A stretch of 64,000 nucleotides of DNA from an uncultured Alphaproteobacteria bacterium (GTDB lineage: Bacteria; Pseudomonadota; Alphaproteobacteria; Rickettsiales; UBA1997): positions 3,185 to 67,184 of the forward strand of contig CAIZZE010000039.1 of assembly GCA_903937405.1 (NCBI GenBank), in the 5' to 3' direction. Both the position numbers and the translations under genes were made by a program. Below the pieces are notes generated by a model that was not told where the DNA came from, ran no database searches, and worked only from the letters and a program-made list of their open reading frames with translations. Shown here one piece after another: positions 55,621 to 64,000 of the stretch. Position 1 is the first letter of the stretch. Every line of letters begins with the position of its first letter.

Positions 55621-56483
55621 TAGTTTATAATTTTATTTAAGTGCAGTAAGCCATTATAAAATGAACAACATACAGAATCATAATCTTCCCAAGCATAGGT
55701 GGTTAGAGATAGCCAAATCAAGGCGTGGAGAATTTTTATTTTTTCTTGATTCGCTTTTGTTAATTCAAAAAAACAGTCTTCTAAATCTTCCCAAGAATTT
55801 GAATCAATTCTTAGTGAAATCGCATCTTGCCCAATTTCCAAAGCAAAATCTTTGCGATTAAACTGATCATAATTTCCAACTAGCGAATAATAAATTTTTG
55901 CCCAGTCATAATCTTTATCTCCGTAAAGTTTTGTATTTCCAAAATAGCCGCGCGGATCAATAAGAACTGGCTCAACTTCTTCATTTCTAATCATGATATT
56001 AGAAAATGTAGGATCTCCATGAATTAGAAAAAACTGCTGCGGAAAATATTGGGAAACAAGTTCAGAAAATTCTTTTTCTAAGTAAAAAATATTTTTACAA
56101 TTTTTGCCGTTAATCGTAATATATTCGTCACCAGCAAAGGGAATCAGATTTTTTACTTTCGAAATTCTCTCAAAAGTTTTTTTAATGTAATTATCAAAAC
56201 AATCTTCCTGTTTTGCGGCAATTGCTGGCAGTAATTGATGAAGTTTTTCTAGCTTGGAAATAATTTTTGAGAGAATTTCTTTTTTCTGAGAAAATGTAAA
56301 ATTTTTATAGTCAAAAACATTTCTTCCATCAATTTTTTCCATTTTAAAAGGTTCAAAACTCAAAATTTTAGGAATGTCTTTGAAGCCAAGATCAGTTACT
56401 TTTCTATACCAATTCAACTCATCAACCATGATGGCTTTTCCATAATCATTAACTGCCAATTTTAGTGACATAATTTTCCTCAA
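55620..56483 (-). CDS. Protein-kinase-fold (APH/choline-kinase-like) small-molecule kinase
   Basis: Catalytic FLIHGDPTFSNIMI and LIDPRG motifs. The probable start is ATG at 56471 (MSLKLAV..). The N-lobe looks truncated and may continue from the 3' end of the upstream ORF (see findings). Confidence 0.6.
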   Translation of the reverse strand: MRKIMSLKLAVNDYGKAIMVDELNWYRKVTDLGFKDIPKILSFEPFKMEKIDGRNVFDYKNFTFSQKKEILSKIISKLEKLHQLLPAIAAKQEDCFDNYIKKTFERISKVKNLIPFAGDEYITINGKNCKNIFYLEKEFSELVSQYFPQQFFLIHGDPTFSNIMIRNEEVEPVLIDPRGYFGNTKLYGDKDYDWAKIYYSLVGNYDQFNRKDFALEIGQDAISLRIDSNSWEDLEDCFFELTKANQEKIKILHALIWLSLTTYAWEDYDSVCCSFYNGLLHLNKIIN

Positions 56484-57138
56484 AAATCATTTTATTAAAA
56501 GGACGACATTTTGCTTCTTTAGAATCATTTTCATTGTAAGACAGCATGGTTCCTACTTCACGAGCATTAACAAGGTTGAAAGAATCGAAAAGAATTTTAT
56601 TATTTTGTAACCATAAAACAAATTCGCCCTCCAATCCGACATCAATAATTTGCTGTTTATTCTTGAGCAAAAATAAACCCGCAACTCCCTTTTCTTTGGA
56701 AGGAGTTTTCGTAAATTGATTGTCATCAAAAGACCAACGGCATTCAAAACTTTTTGATAGAGCTATTAAATTACAATCAATTGAATTTGGTATTTCGGTT
56801 TTTTGAGAAAATAAAAGATCGCACCAACTTAAAATAAAAGGCTCATCTTGTGGAATTAAATCCAGAGCTTGCCTGATGCCAGAACATGTTCCCTTCTTAT
56901 CAGTTTTTACCAATTCATAAGAAATTTCGCTGGCAAATGTTTGTAAATATTTTTCCAGAACTTCTGATTTATAATCACAAATAATGATAAATTTTTTTCC
57001 TTCAAATTTTTCAAATAAATGAAAAAGCAAAGGCCTATTTTCAATTGGCACCAAACATTTTGGTTTATTGATAGTCAAAGTTTCCAATCTCGAACCTCGA
57101 CCACCTGCTTGCACAATTACATATTCTATTTTTTTCAT
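56449..57138 (-). CDS. Sugar-phosphate nucleotidyltransferase (NTP_transferase fold)
   Basis: I prefer the start at MKKIEYVIVQAGGRGSRLETLTINKPKCLVPI (ATG 57138, 1 nt after the fcl stop). It carries the canonical GGxGxRL...KP signature. Confidence 0.75.
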   Translation of the reverse strand: MKKIEYVIVQAGGRGSRLETLTINKPKCLVPIENRPLLFHLFEKFEGKKFIIICDYKSEVLEKYLQTFASEISYELVKTDKKGTCSGIRQALDLIPQDEPFILSWCDLLFSQKTEIPNSIDCNLIALSKSFECRWSFDDNQFTKTPSKEKGVAGLFLLKNKQQIIDVGLEGEFVLWLQNNKILFDSFNLVNAREVGTMLSYNENDSKEAKCRPFNKMIFEENYVTKIGS

Positions 57139-57139
57139 C

Positions 57140-58066
57140 TTATGAGTTTTGCAAATACCATTGATAAACTTTAGCAATTCCTTCTTCCAAAGAAATTTCT
57201 GCCCTCCAGCCTAAAGCATTAATTTTTGAAACATCCATACATTTGCGCGGAGTGCCGTCGGGCTTGGTGGTATCTAATTTTATTTCGCCATTATAGCCGA
57301 TAATTTTTTTAATTAATTTTGCTAATTCTGCGATCGTAACATCTTCGCCGGTGCCGATATTTGTAAGACCTGCGACTTTTTTATTATTCATCGCAAAAAC
57401 ACAAGCTTTGGCCAAATCATCAACATATAAAAATTCGCGCATTGGCGTGCCGCTGCCCCAAACTTCAACAACAGGTTTTCCTGCAATTTTTGCTTCATGA
57501 AATTTGCGCAATAAAGCTGGCAAAACATGCGATCCGTTTAAATCAAAATTATCGTTAATTCCGTAAAGATTAGTTGGCATTAGCGCGATGAAATCGCAGC
57601 CATATTGATCGCGATAAGCTTCGCACATTTTTACGCCGGCGATTTTGGCAATTGCATAACCATAATTTGTTGGCTCAAGTGGACCAGTTAAAAGATATTC
57701 TTCTTTGATTGGCTGCGGCGCCATTCTTGGATAAATGCAGGAACTTCCTAAAAAAACCAAACGCTTTACGTCGTTTAAATAGGAATTATGAATTATATTA
57801 TTTTGAATTTGTAAATTTTCATAAGTGAAAGCGCCTTGCTGCGTGCGATTTGCCTCAATGCCACCAACTTTTGCGGCGGATAAAAAAACATATTCTGGTT
57901 TTTCTTGGGCGAAAAAATCACGCACCGCTTTTTGATCAATTAAATCAAGTTCTAAACGAGTTTTGGTTAGAATATTTTTATAACCTTGATTTTGCAATTC
58001 GCGAACAATCGCCGATCCAACCATTCCGCGATGTCCGGCAACAAAAATTTTTGCTGTTTTGTCCAT
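57140..58066 (-). CDS. fcl: GDP-L-fucose synthase
   Basis: 308 aa. KIFVAGHRGMVGSAIVR.L...G, ..LSAAKVGGI.AN......F...N..I..N... Confidence 0.9.
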   Translation of the reverse strand: MDKTAKIFVAGHRGMVGSAIVRELQNQGYKNILTKTRLELDLIDQKAVRDFFAQEKPEYVFLSAAKVGGIEANRTQQGAFTYENLQIQNNIIHNSYLNDVKRLVFLGSSCIYPRMAPQPIKEEYLLTGPLEPTNYGYAIAKIAGVKMCEAYRDQYGCDFIALMPTNLYGINDNFDLNGSHVLPALLRKFHEAKIAGKPVVEVWGSGTPMREFLYVDDLAKACVFAMNNKKVAGLTNIGTGEDVTIAELAKLIKKIIGYNGEIKLDTTKPDGTPRKCMDVSKINALGWRAEISLEEGIAKVYQWYLQNS

Positions 58067-58068
58067 GA

Positions 58069-59139
58069 TTATATTTGGTTAATTATTTCAAGATTTTTCT
58101 CCAAAGCCGCTATATCAACAATTATATCGTCATTGGCATTTTTTTCATCAGAAACTTGCCGACATTTCAGAAGCAAATAATTTACAGCAGCGCTTGAAGC
58201 GAGATTATAAAAATGCATCCTATCCATATTTTCATTAATCAATTCAAGAACAAAACTATTTCTTTCCATAAATAAAATATTGGCCAATCCCGCTCCATGA
58301 CAAGATATCAAACAATTAGCATTGTGAGAAATTGCAACTTGCTCGAGGAATGAATAATCCTCCATATTTACTATCTTAAAATCATGTTTTTTTAAGAGAT
58401 TAATTACTTCATTTTCATTTCTGACTTTGCGATATAAGGCTTTTTCTCTGCTAATATAAATTTTTTTACCCAAATTAAATTCCAGATTATCGCGATGAAA
58501 AATTTTGATTTTTTCGCGCACTAAATTCAATAAATCTTCACGAAAATAAGATGGATCTTGCGTCGCATGACTTGGCATTAAAAGCTCATCAACTTTTACC
58601 TTTTGATTTTTTTCTATTTTCAAAATTTGACTTTCATCAATATTAAAAGCTCGCAGCGACTCTAAAATTACTTCATTTTTTAAACTAAATTTTTCGTAAG
58701 GAACAATAAACATCATATCTTTTTCCAAACTTGGAGAAACTGCCGCAACGCGCATCATAGCATCGCAAAGCCAGTGGTAATAATTGATTTGTGACCACGG
58801 ATCTAAAGCCAAAACCGCTTTTTTTAGATGAATGGTTTTGCGTTTGAGATAATTTTTTCTGAAAAAATGAAACTTATCGATAAGTTTTGTATAAAGTTTT
58901 TTGACATCTCCGTAAAAAATCGATTCTTCTGAAAATGAAAAATTTTTAAAAATAATTCCTTCCGAAGAGACAAATACATTTCTGAATTTAAACAAATCCA
59001 TTGCCTGGATAATCTTAGACTTAGGACCGTTAAATGGATTTTCTTGATAGTTAAGTGGCAGTTTTATTTGGGCTTCAAATTCAGGAAAAAGATTAATTTT
59101 TTCAGCTTTTTTATCTAATCCAAAATATTCAAACTGCAC
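58069..59139 (-). CDS. GT61 / DUF563-family glycosyltransferase
   Basis: 356 aa. ..NYYHWLCDAMMRV.. and ..ISCHGAGLANILFM.. are the two motifs I associate with DUF563. Confidence 0.65.
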   Translation of the reverse strand: MQFEYFGLDKKAEKINLFPEFEAQIKLPLNYQENPFNGPKSKIIQAMDLFKFRNVFVSSEGIIFKNFSFSEESIFYGDVKKLYTKLIDKFHFFRKNYLKRKTIHLKKAVLALDPWSQINYYHWLCDAMMRVAAVSPSLEKDMMFIVPYEKFSLKNEVILESLRAFNIDESQILKIEKNQKVKVDELLMPSHATQDPSYFREDLLNLVREKIKIFHRDNLEFNLGKKIYISREKALYRKVRNENEVINLLKKHDFKIVNMEDYSFLEQVAISHNANCLISCHGAGLANILFMERNSFVLELINENMDRMHFYNLASSAAVNYLLLKCRQVSDEKNANDDIIVDIAALEKNLEIINQI

Positions 59140-59853
59140 TTAAATTACTCCAATTTCTTTTAAAAATGCTTTATCGAGACTATCTTGTGAATGCTTGTCT
59201 TTAAAGCCTTGCGGAGTTCCGTGATAAGTTATTTTGGTGTTATTTAAAACAGCGATTGAATCACATATTTCATCCATATCAGATAAAATATGTGAGCTAA
59301 AAAAGACAGTTTTGCCGGATTTTTTATAAGCTAAAAGTTCGCGTTTTAAAGCGATGCGGGCTTTTGGATCAAGGCCGCTCATTGGTTCATCTAAAATTAT
59401 CAATTCGGCATCGGATAAAAAAACTGCTAAAAGACCGAGTTTTTGAGTCATGCCTTTGGAATATTTTGTGACTTTTTGTTTTAGAACTTCGAAACGTAAA
59501 TCAAGATTTTCGCAAATGATGCGCGCCTTTTCCATATCTGGTTTTTTGCCGTAAAAATCGAGAACAAATTTTAAAAATTCTTCGCCTTTTAAATGTGAAG
59601 ATGGCTGGAATTTTTCAGGCAAATAGCAAAGTTTTTTGCGAGCTTCCGGCAAGGCGCGCGACACGCCGAAAATTTCAACTTCGCCATTATCTTGATCGAG
59701 AAGATCGAGAATAATTTTAATTAATGTAGTTTTTCCAACGCCGTTTAATCCGATGAATCCGAAAATTTCATTGGGTTTTACGTCGAAGTTTACATTGTCC
59801 AAAACTGCTCGGGCAAAGGATTTGGAGATTTCAGAAATTTTTAGTGGGAGCAT
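59140..59853 (-). CDS. ABC transporter ATP-binding protein (ABC-2 type); no permease gene adjacent in this window
   Basis: 237 aa. Walker A GLNGVGKTT, signature YSKGMTQKL, Walker B LIILDEP. Confidence 0.85.
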   Translation of the reverse strand: MLPLKISEISKSFARAVLDNVNFDVKPNEIFGFIGLNGVGKTTLIKIILDLLDQDNGEVEIFGVSRALPEARKKLCYLPEKFQPSSHLKGEEFLKFVLDFYGKKPDMEKARIICENLDLRFEVLKQKVTKYSKGMTQKLGLLAVFLSDAELIILDEPMSGLDPKARIALKRELLAYKKSGKTVFFSSHILSDMDEICDSIAVLNNTKITYHGTPQGFKDKHSQDSLDKAFLKEIGVI

Positions 59854-59899
59854 TAATTTTTTATTTTACTTAAAATTATTAATTACATTTATTCGACAT

Positions 59900-60133
59900 C
59901 CAGTGGACCCCGTCGTAAAGACGGGGTGACAATGGAGGTGTGTTTTCTGCGAAACTGTTACAGCCTCAAAACTTAAAGACTGAGGTAATATGGTGACGCT
60001 GTCAACTCGTCGTGCTGTCAACTAGTCGTGCTTGTCAACCCCGTCGTGCTTGTCACCCCGTCATGCTTGTCACCCCGTCATGCTTGTCACCCCGTCGTGC
60101 TTGTCACCCCGTCTTTACGACGGGGTCCACTGG
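59900..60133. repeat. Family 2 MITE-like element (234 bp) with an internal 17-bp tandem array
   Basis: Termini CCAGTGGACCCCGTCGTAAAGACGGGGTGACA (from 59900) and TGTCACCCCGTCTTTACGACGGGGTCCACTGG (to 60133) are perfect inverted copies. The interior holds ~5-6 copies of TGTCACCCCGTC(A/G)TGCT (about 60015-60105). Confidence 0.85.
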
Positions 60134-60135
60134 AT

Positions 60136-60414
60136 TTACAACTCAAAGTACAAATCTTTCCATTCAGGATTCATCTCCCGAATCGTTTCAATTTTCATGG
60201 ATCTTCTCCATTTTTTTATAAGCTTTTCACGACTTATTGCCTCTCTAACATCGTCGTGAATTTCGTAATAAACCAAAGTTTTTATACCATATTTTTTGGT
60301 AAATCCTTCTACTAATTCTTCTTTATGTTCAAAGATTCTTTTTTGAAGGTTGCTGGTTATTCCAACATAGAAAGTTCCGCCGGGTTTATTGGTTAAAATA
60401 TAGGTGTAATACAT
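60136..60414 (-). CDS. Small GIY-YIG (URI-domain) endonuclease family protein
   Basis: I prefer the start at MYYTYILTNKPGGTFYVGITSNLQKRIFEHK..GFTKKYGIKTLVYYE..REKLIKKW.. (92 aa, ATG at 60414). The longer track ORF (to 60606) only adds translated tandem repeat. The stop codon lies 2 nt from the terminus of the 59900-60133 element. Confidence 0.8.
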   Translation of the reverse strand: MYYTYILTNKPGGTFYVGITSNLQKRIFEHKEELVEGFTKKYGIKTLVYYEIHDDVREAISREKLIKKWRRSMKIETIREMNPEWKDLYFEL

Positions 60415-60454
60415 TTTTGTGTTTAGTGGGGTTTTTGCGTAGTGTTTTAGTCTG

Positions 60455-60590
60455 CATGGACCCCGTCGTAAAGACGGGGTGACAAACTTTAGTTTGCCCG
60501 AAGGAACAAACTTTAGTTTGCCCGAAGGAACAAACTTTAGTTTGCCCGAAGGAACAAACTTTAGTTTGCCCGAAGGAACAAATTTTAGTA
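60455..60590. repeat. Solo family 2 hairpin terminus followed by a 24-bp tandem array (~4.5 copies)
   Basis: CATGGACCCCGTCGTAAAGACGGGGTGACA (60455-60484), then ACAAACTTTAGTTTGCCCGAAGGA x4 plus a partial copy (60482-60590). No matching right terminus appears before aroQ. Confidence 0.85.
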
Positions 60591-60595
60591 TCCAG

Positions 60596-61033
60596 TTATT
60601 TCTCAATCATGTTGTTAATTGCGAGTAACGAAATTGTATAACCGTCAATTCCCAATCCAGAAATTACCGCATCAACAACATCGCTCAAAAATGAATTTTG
60701 GCGAAATTCTTCACGTTTAAAAATGTTGGAAATGTGCAATTCAATTTTTGGTTTATGAAACATTTCCAAAGCATCACGAATTGCAACTGAAGTGTGTGTG
60801 TAAGCGGCGGCGTTGATGATTATTCCGTCGAAATCATCGATCGCTTCTTGAATAATATTAACCAATTCTCCTTCAGAATTTGACTGCTTCAATTCAACCT
60901 TCAAAGCCAATTCTGACGCTAATTTATAGCAATCATCCTCAATTTTTTTAAGCGAAATATCGCCGTAAATTGATTTATCTCTTTTGTGTAAAAGATTAAG
61001 ATTGGGGCCATTTAAAATCAGGATTTTTTTCAT
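60596..61033 (-). CDS. aroQ: Type II 3-dehydroquinate dehydratase
   Basis: 145 aa. KILILNGPNLNLL..R....YG, ..SNSEGELV..IQ.., ..IIINAAAYTHTSVAIRDA... Confidence 0.9.
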   Translation of the reverse strand: MKKILILNGPNLNLLHKRDKSIYGDISLKKIEDDCYKLASELALKVELKQSNSEGELVNIIQEAIDDFDGIIINAAAYTHTSVAIRDALEMFHKPKIELHISNIFKREEFRQNSFLSDVVDAVISGLGIDGYTISLLAINNMIEK

Positions 61034-61054
61034 AAATAATCTGTTTAGTTCACG

Positions 61055-61840
61055 CTACTTTTTAATTGAACCCAGCTCGATTTTTACATAAGAAAAAATT
61101 GTCACCGGAATTGAAAAACCATAAGTGATGCCAATGATTGCAAGAGTTAACCACGGTTCAAGCAACAGTCCGATAATGATTGAGCCTAAAATTAGTAAAG
61201 TCAGATAAGCAAATTCATTTTTGATTGGGATTTTTTTAATTGAAATTGTCGGAACGCGACTCGCCATTAAAACCGCCAGAACTGCGGTGTAAGTAATAAC
61301 TAAAACTGGGTTACAATAAAAACCATCACCAAATTCATAACTTAAAACCATTGGTAACATTGTCATTGCAGCGCCAACTGGAGCTGGAATTCCTTTGAAG
61401 AAATATTTTTCTAAAGTTGGGTTTACAACTTCGCGAGCCATATCAACATTGAATCTGGCTAATCGAATTGCGCCGCAAACTGCGAAGAATAAAACCATCG
61501 CCCAATCTAAACCCGGAAGAATTGAGTAAGAATTAACCCAAGAATAAATTACGAAACCCGGAACCACACCGAAATTTACGAAATCAACTAATGAATCTAA
61601 TTGCGCGCCGAAATCGCTGCTTGAGTTCAAGAAGCGAGCCAGTCGGCCGTCAACGCCATCCATAAATCCGGCGAAAAGTAAAAATGCCGAAGCGCGATAA
61701 AAATCACCCATATTGGCGTAACGAATTGCTGACAAAGCGATGCACAAACTTGTAAGCGTAACGAGATTTGGCAAAAGCCTAAAAAGCGGAAAATAGCCGC
61801 CGTCAGCCTGACGAATTTGCTGAATAATTTGTTTTGACAT
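61055..61840 (-). CDS. pssA: CDP-diacylglycerol--serine O-phosphatidyltransferase
   Basis: 261 aa. CDP-alcohol phosphatidyltransferase motif DGVDGRLAR....S.FGAQLDSLVD in a polytopic protein. Confidence 0.87.
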   Translation of the reverse strand: MSKQIIQQIRQADGGYFPLFRLLPNLVTLTSLCIALSAIRYANMGDFYRASAFLLFAGFMDGVDGRLARFLNSSSDFGAQLDSLVDFVNFGVVPGFVIYSWVNSYSILPGLDWAMVLFFAVCGAIRLARFNVDMAREVVNPTLEKYFFKGIPAPVGAAMTMLPMVLSYEFGDGFYCNPVLVITYTAVLAVLMASRVPTISIKKIPIKNEFAYLTLLILGSIIIGLLLEPWLTLAIIGITYGFSIPVTIFSYVKIELGSIKK

Positions 61841-61956
61841 GAGATGGGGGAAAAGTCTTAAAAATTTGGAATTGCTTTATCACGAAAGCGGAGTTAATTT
61901 CGCGCCGCTTCACAAAAAAAGCAATCAAACATTTCCTCACATTTTCCAAAAACAAG

Positions 61957-63954
61957 ATGAACAAAACTGAAACAGCGCAAATGCTTGCCAATTCTATTCG
62001 CTTTTTGTCAATTGATGGCGTTGAACGCGCTAATTCCGGACATCCCGGAATGCCAATGGGAATGGCTGATGTGGCGACAATTCTTTTTACTGAATTTCTA
62101 AATTTTAATCCAAAACATCCACACTGGTTAAATCGCGACCGCTTTATTTTATCAGCCGGACACGGTTCAATGTTAATTTACTCGCTGCTTTTTTTGACTG
62201 GCTACGAAGATATTTCAATTGATGATCTTAAAAATTTCCGCCAACTTCACGCTAAATGCGCCGGACATCCAGAATATGGTCACTTAAATGGCATTGAAAC
62301 TACAACCGGACCTTTAGGTCAAGGTTTAGCCAATGCAGTTGGCATGGCGCTTTCTGAAAAAATGTTGGCGGCGCGTTTGGACAAAAATTTAATCGACCAT
62401 AAAATTTATTGCTTAGTCGGAGATGGCTGTTTGATGGAAGGCATTTCGCAAGAAGCGATCTCAATTGCCGGACATTTGGAGTTAAATAATTTAATTGTGC
62501 TTTGGGATAATAACTCAATTTCAATTGATGGAAAAACTTCTATCACAACTTCTGAAAACATGAAAATGCGTTTTGAAGCTTGCGGTTTTGAAGTTATTCA
62601 AGTTGATGGTCATAATTTTGATGAAATTCGCAGCGCTTTAACTGCCGCTCAAAAATCACAAAAACCGCTAATGATTGATTGCAAAACCACAATTGGTTTT
62701 GGCTCGCCAAATAAAGCTGGTTCTGAAAAAGCACATGGTTCACCGCTCGGCGTTGAAGAAACAATTAAAGTTCGCGAAAAATTAAATTGGCCGCACGCCG
62801 CTTTTGAAATTCCACAAGATCTTAGAGATAAATGGTTAGAAGCTGGCAGAAGAGCCGACAGCAATTATGCCAAATGGGAAGAGAAATTTTCTAAATTAGA
62901 TGAAGTAAAAGCTGCAGAATTAAAAAGGGTTTTTGACAAAAAATTACCGACGGAATTTGAGCAAAAACTAAAAGCTTTCAAACAAAAAATCCGCGATGAA
63001 AAACCAAAACAGGCAACGCGCAAATCTTCACAAATTGCTTTAGAATTTTTAACCGGCGAATTACCAGAATTAATTGGCGGTTCTGCCGATTTAACCGAAT
63101 CGGTTTTAACCAAAACTTCACACACAAAATCAATTTCAAAAACTGATTTTTCACAGCGCTACATTCATTACGGCGTTCGCGAACACGCGATGGGAGCGAT
63201 CATGAATGGTTTGGCTTTACATGGAAAATTCATTCCATTTGGCGGCACTTTTCTGGTTTTTTCAGATTATATGAAACCTGCTATTCGCCTTGCAGCTTTG
63301 ATGAAACAGCAAGTTATTTATATTTTCACTCACGACTCAATTGGTCTTGGTGAAGATGGTCCAACTCATCAACCAATTGAACATTTGGCGATGTTGCGCG
63401 GCATTCCCAACTTAAATGTTTTCAGACCCGCAGATGCTGAAGAAACAATCGAATGTTTTGAAGCAGCTTTAAAATCAAGTCATACACCATCGGCGATGAT
63501 TTTAACGCGCCAGAATTTGCCGTTTTTAACTAAAGATCACGATCTGTGCCAACTTGGCGGATATATTTTATCTGACGCAGTAAAACCTGATGTTGTAATT
63601 CTCGCCTCCGGTTCCGAAGTTGCGACTGCAATTGAAACTAAAGAAAAATTATATAGTCACGGAATTGCTGCCCGCGTGATTTCAATGCCATGTTTAGAAA
63701 TTTTTAATCAGCAAGAACAATCCTATAAAAATCAGATTTTAGGTGATGAAAAAGTTTTAAAAGTTGCGATTGAAGCCGGAATTTCACAAGGCTGGCATCA
63801 ATATATCGGCGGCAATGGAATTTTTATTGGCATGAGTGATTTTGGCGCTTCGGGAAAAGCGGAAGATTTATTTAAGCATTTTGGAATTAATTCTGATGCA
63901 GCTTGCGAGAAAATTGTAAAGCGCTTGAAAAATAAAATTAAAACTGACGCTTAG
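61957..63954 (+). CDS. tkt: Transketolase
   Basis: 665 aa. ..ANSGHPGMPMGMADVA.., ..LSAGHGSMLIYSLL.., ..GEDGPTHQPIEHLA... Confidence 0.93.
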   Translation: MNKTETAQMLANSIRFLSIDGVERANSGHPGMPMGMADVATILFTEFLNFNPKHPHWLNRDRFILSAGHGSMLIYSLLFLTGYEDISIDDLKNFRQLHAKCAGHPEYGHLNGIETTTGPLGQGLANAVGMALSEKMLAARLDKNLIDHKIYCLVGDGCLMEGISQEAISIAGHLELNNLIVLWDNNSISIDGKTSITTSENMKMRFEACGFEVIQVDGHNFDEIRSALTAAQKSQKPLMIDCKTTIGFGSPNKAGSEKAHGSPLGVEETIKVREKLNWPHAAFEIPQDLRDKWLEAGRRADSNYAKWEEKFSKLDEVKAAELKRVFDKKLPTEFEQKLKAFKQKIRDEKPKQATRKSSQIALEFLTGELPELIGGSADLTESVLTKTSHTKSISKTDFSQRYIHYGVREHAMGAIMNGLALHGKFIPFGGTFLVFSDYMKPAIRLAALMKQQVIYIFTHDSIGLGEDGPTHQPIEHLAMLRGIPNLNVFRPADAEETIECFEAALKSSHTPSAMILTRQNLPFLTKDHDLCQLGGYILSDAVKPDVVILASGSEVATAIETKEKLYSHGIAARVISMPCLEIFNQQEQSYKNQILGDEKVLKVAIEAGISQGWHQYIGGNGIFIGMSDFGASGKAEDLFKHFGINSDAACEKIVKRLKNKIKTDA

Positions 63955-64000
63955 ATTTTAAAGCTGCGATGCAATTGAGCTAGCATCTCGACGACGCTTC

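Noticed and set aside
59140-59853. Orphan ABC ATPase as part of a toxin or defence system
   Set aside because: It has ordinary ABC-2 transporter motifs and length. The missing permease is more simply explained by the adjacent repeat/GIY-YIG insertion zone or by a permease encoded elsewhere, and nothing else in the sequence supports a special role.
60012-60315. Three overlapping plus-strand ORFs (60012..60221, 60028..60315, 60032..60259) rich in ACHPV / LVTPSCLSPR
   Set aside because: They are translations of the 17-bp tandem array in three frames and run antisense into the GIY-YIG gene.
60482-60590. Possible CRISPR arrays: the 24-bp array here, the 17-bp array at ~60015-60105 and the 40-bp array at 13276-13395
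   Set aside because: The units are directly adjacent with no unique spacers, and each array has only 3-6 short units. No cas genes are in the window. These are plain tandem repeats embedded in MITE-like elements.
60415-60606. N-terminal extension of the GIY-YIG ORF containing (LKFVPSGK)x4
   Set aside because: The extension is the 24-bp tandem array plus the hairpin terminus read in frame. GIY-YIG domains of this family begin at the MYYTYIL.. beta-strand, so the ATG at 60414 is the credible start.

Overview
AT-rich (about one-third GC by eye), gene-dense bacterial chromosome segment. Gene content points to an alphaproteobacterium of the Rickettsiales/Holosporales kind: archaeal/rickettsial-type ValRS, a short RNase D, an ELM1/DUF1022 protein, cytochrome bd, a VirB6/TrbL-domain giant protein, and many palindromic repeat elements, one of them in-frame inside polA. 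I cannot name the organism from sequence alone. About 55 protein genes and one tRNA-Pro(UGG) are supported. There are no rRNA genes, CRISPR arrays, transposases, integrases or prophage. Housekeeping genes include dcd, kefB-like, ilvE, argC, mnmE, rlmH, coaD, tatC, polA, sodB, hisB, nagZ, rnd, cydAB, valS, bamB, folD, aroQ, pssA and tkt. They are interrupted by two surface-glycan loci. The first (3715-14216) is a dTDP-L-rhamnose locus with rmlABCD, three RgpF-family paralogues and GT2 genes. The second (52464-59139) is fucose-related, with fcl, GT2/GT9/GT61-like genes and a kinase + nucleotidyltransferase + HAD trio. The most interesting candidates are as follows. (1) A tightly coupled two-gene module (39790-41849) wedged between nagZ and rnd. 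It encodes an ABC/AAA_15-21-type ATPase and a small protein with a clear PD-(D/E)xK signature, which is the layout of Septu/PARIS/AbiL-like defence systems but with a different effector. (2) A 2340-aa protein (21044-28066) that combines a lipoprotein-like signal, a ~1150-aa cysteine-rich ectodomain, a VirB6/TrbL polytopic core and a ~890-aa Ala/Lys/Glu-rich tail. A prepilin-type gene follows it immediately. (3) At least four families of palindromic or MITE-like repeats. One copy is in-frame in polA, one splits cydA from cydB, and one family brackets a small GIY-YIG endonuclease gene. All functional calls rest on my reading of motifs in the supplied translations. No database search was run.
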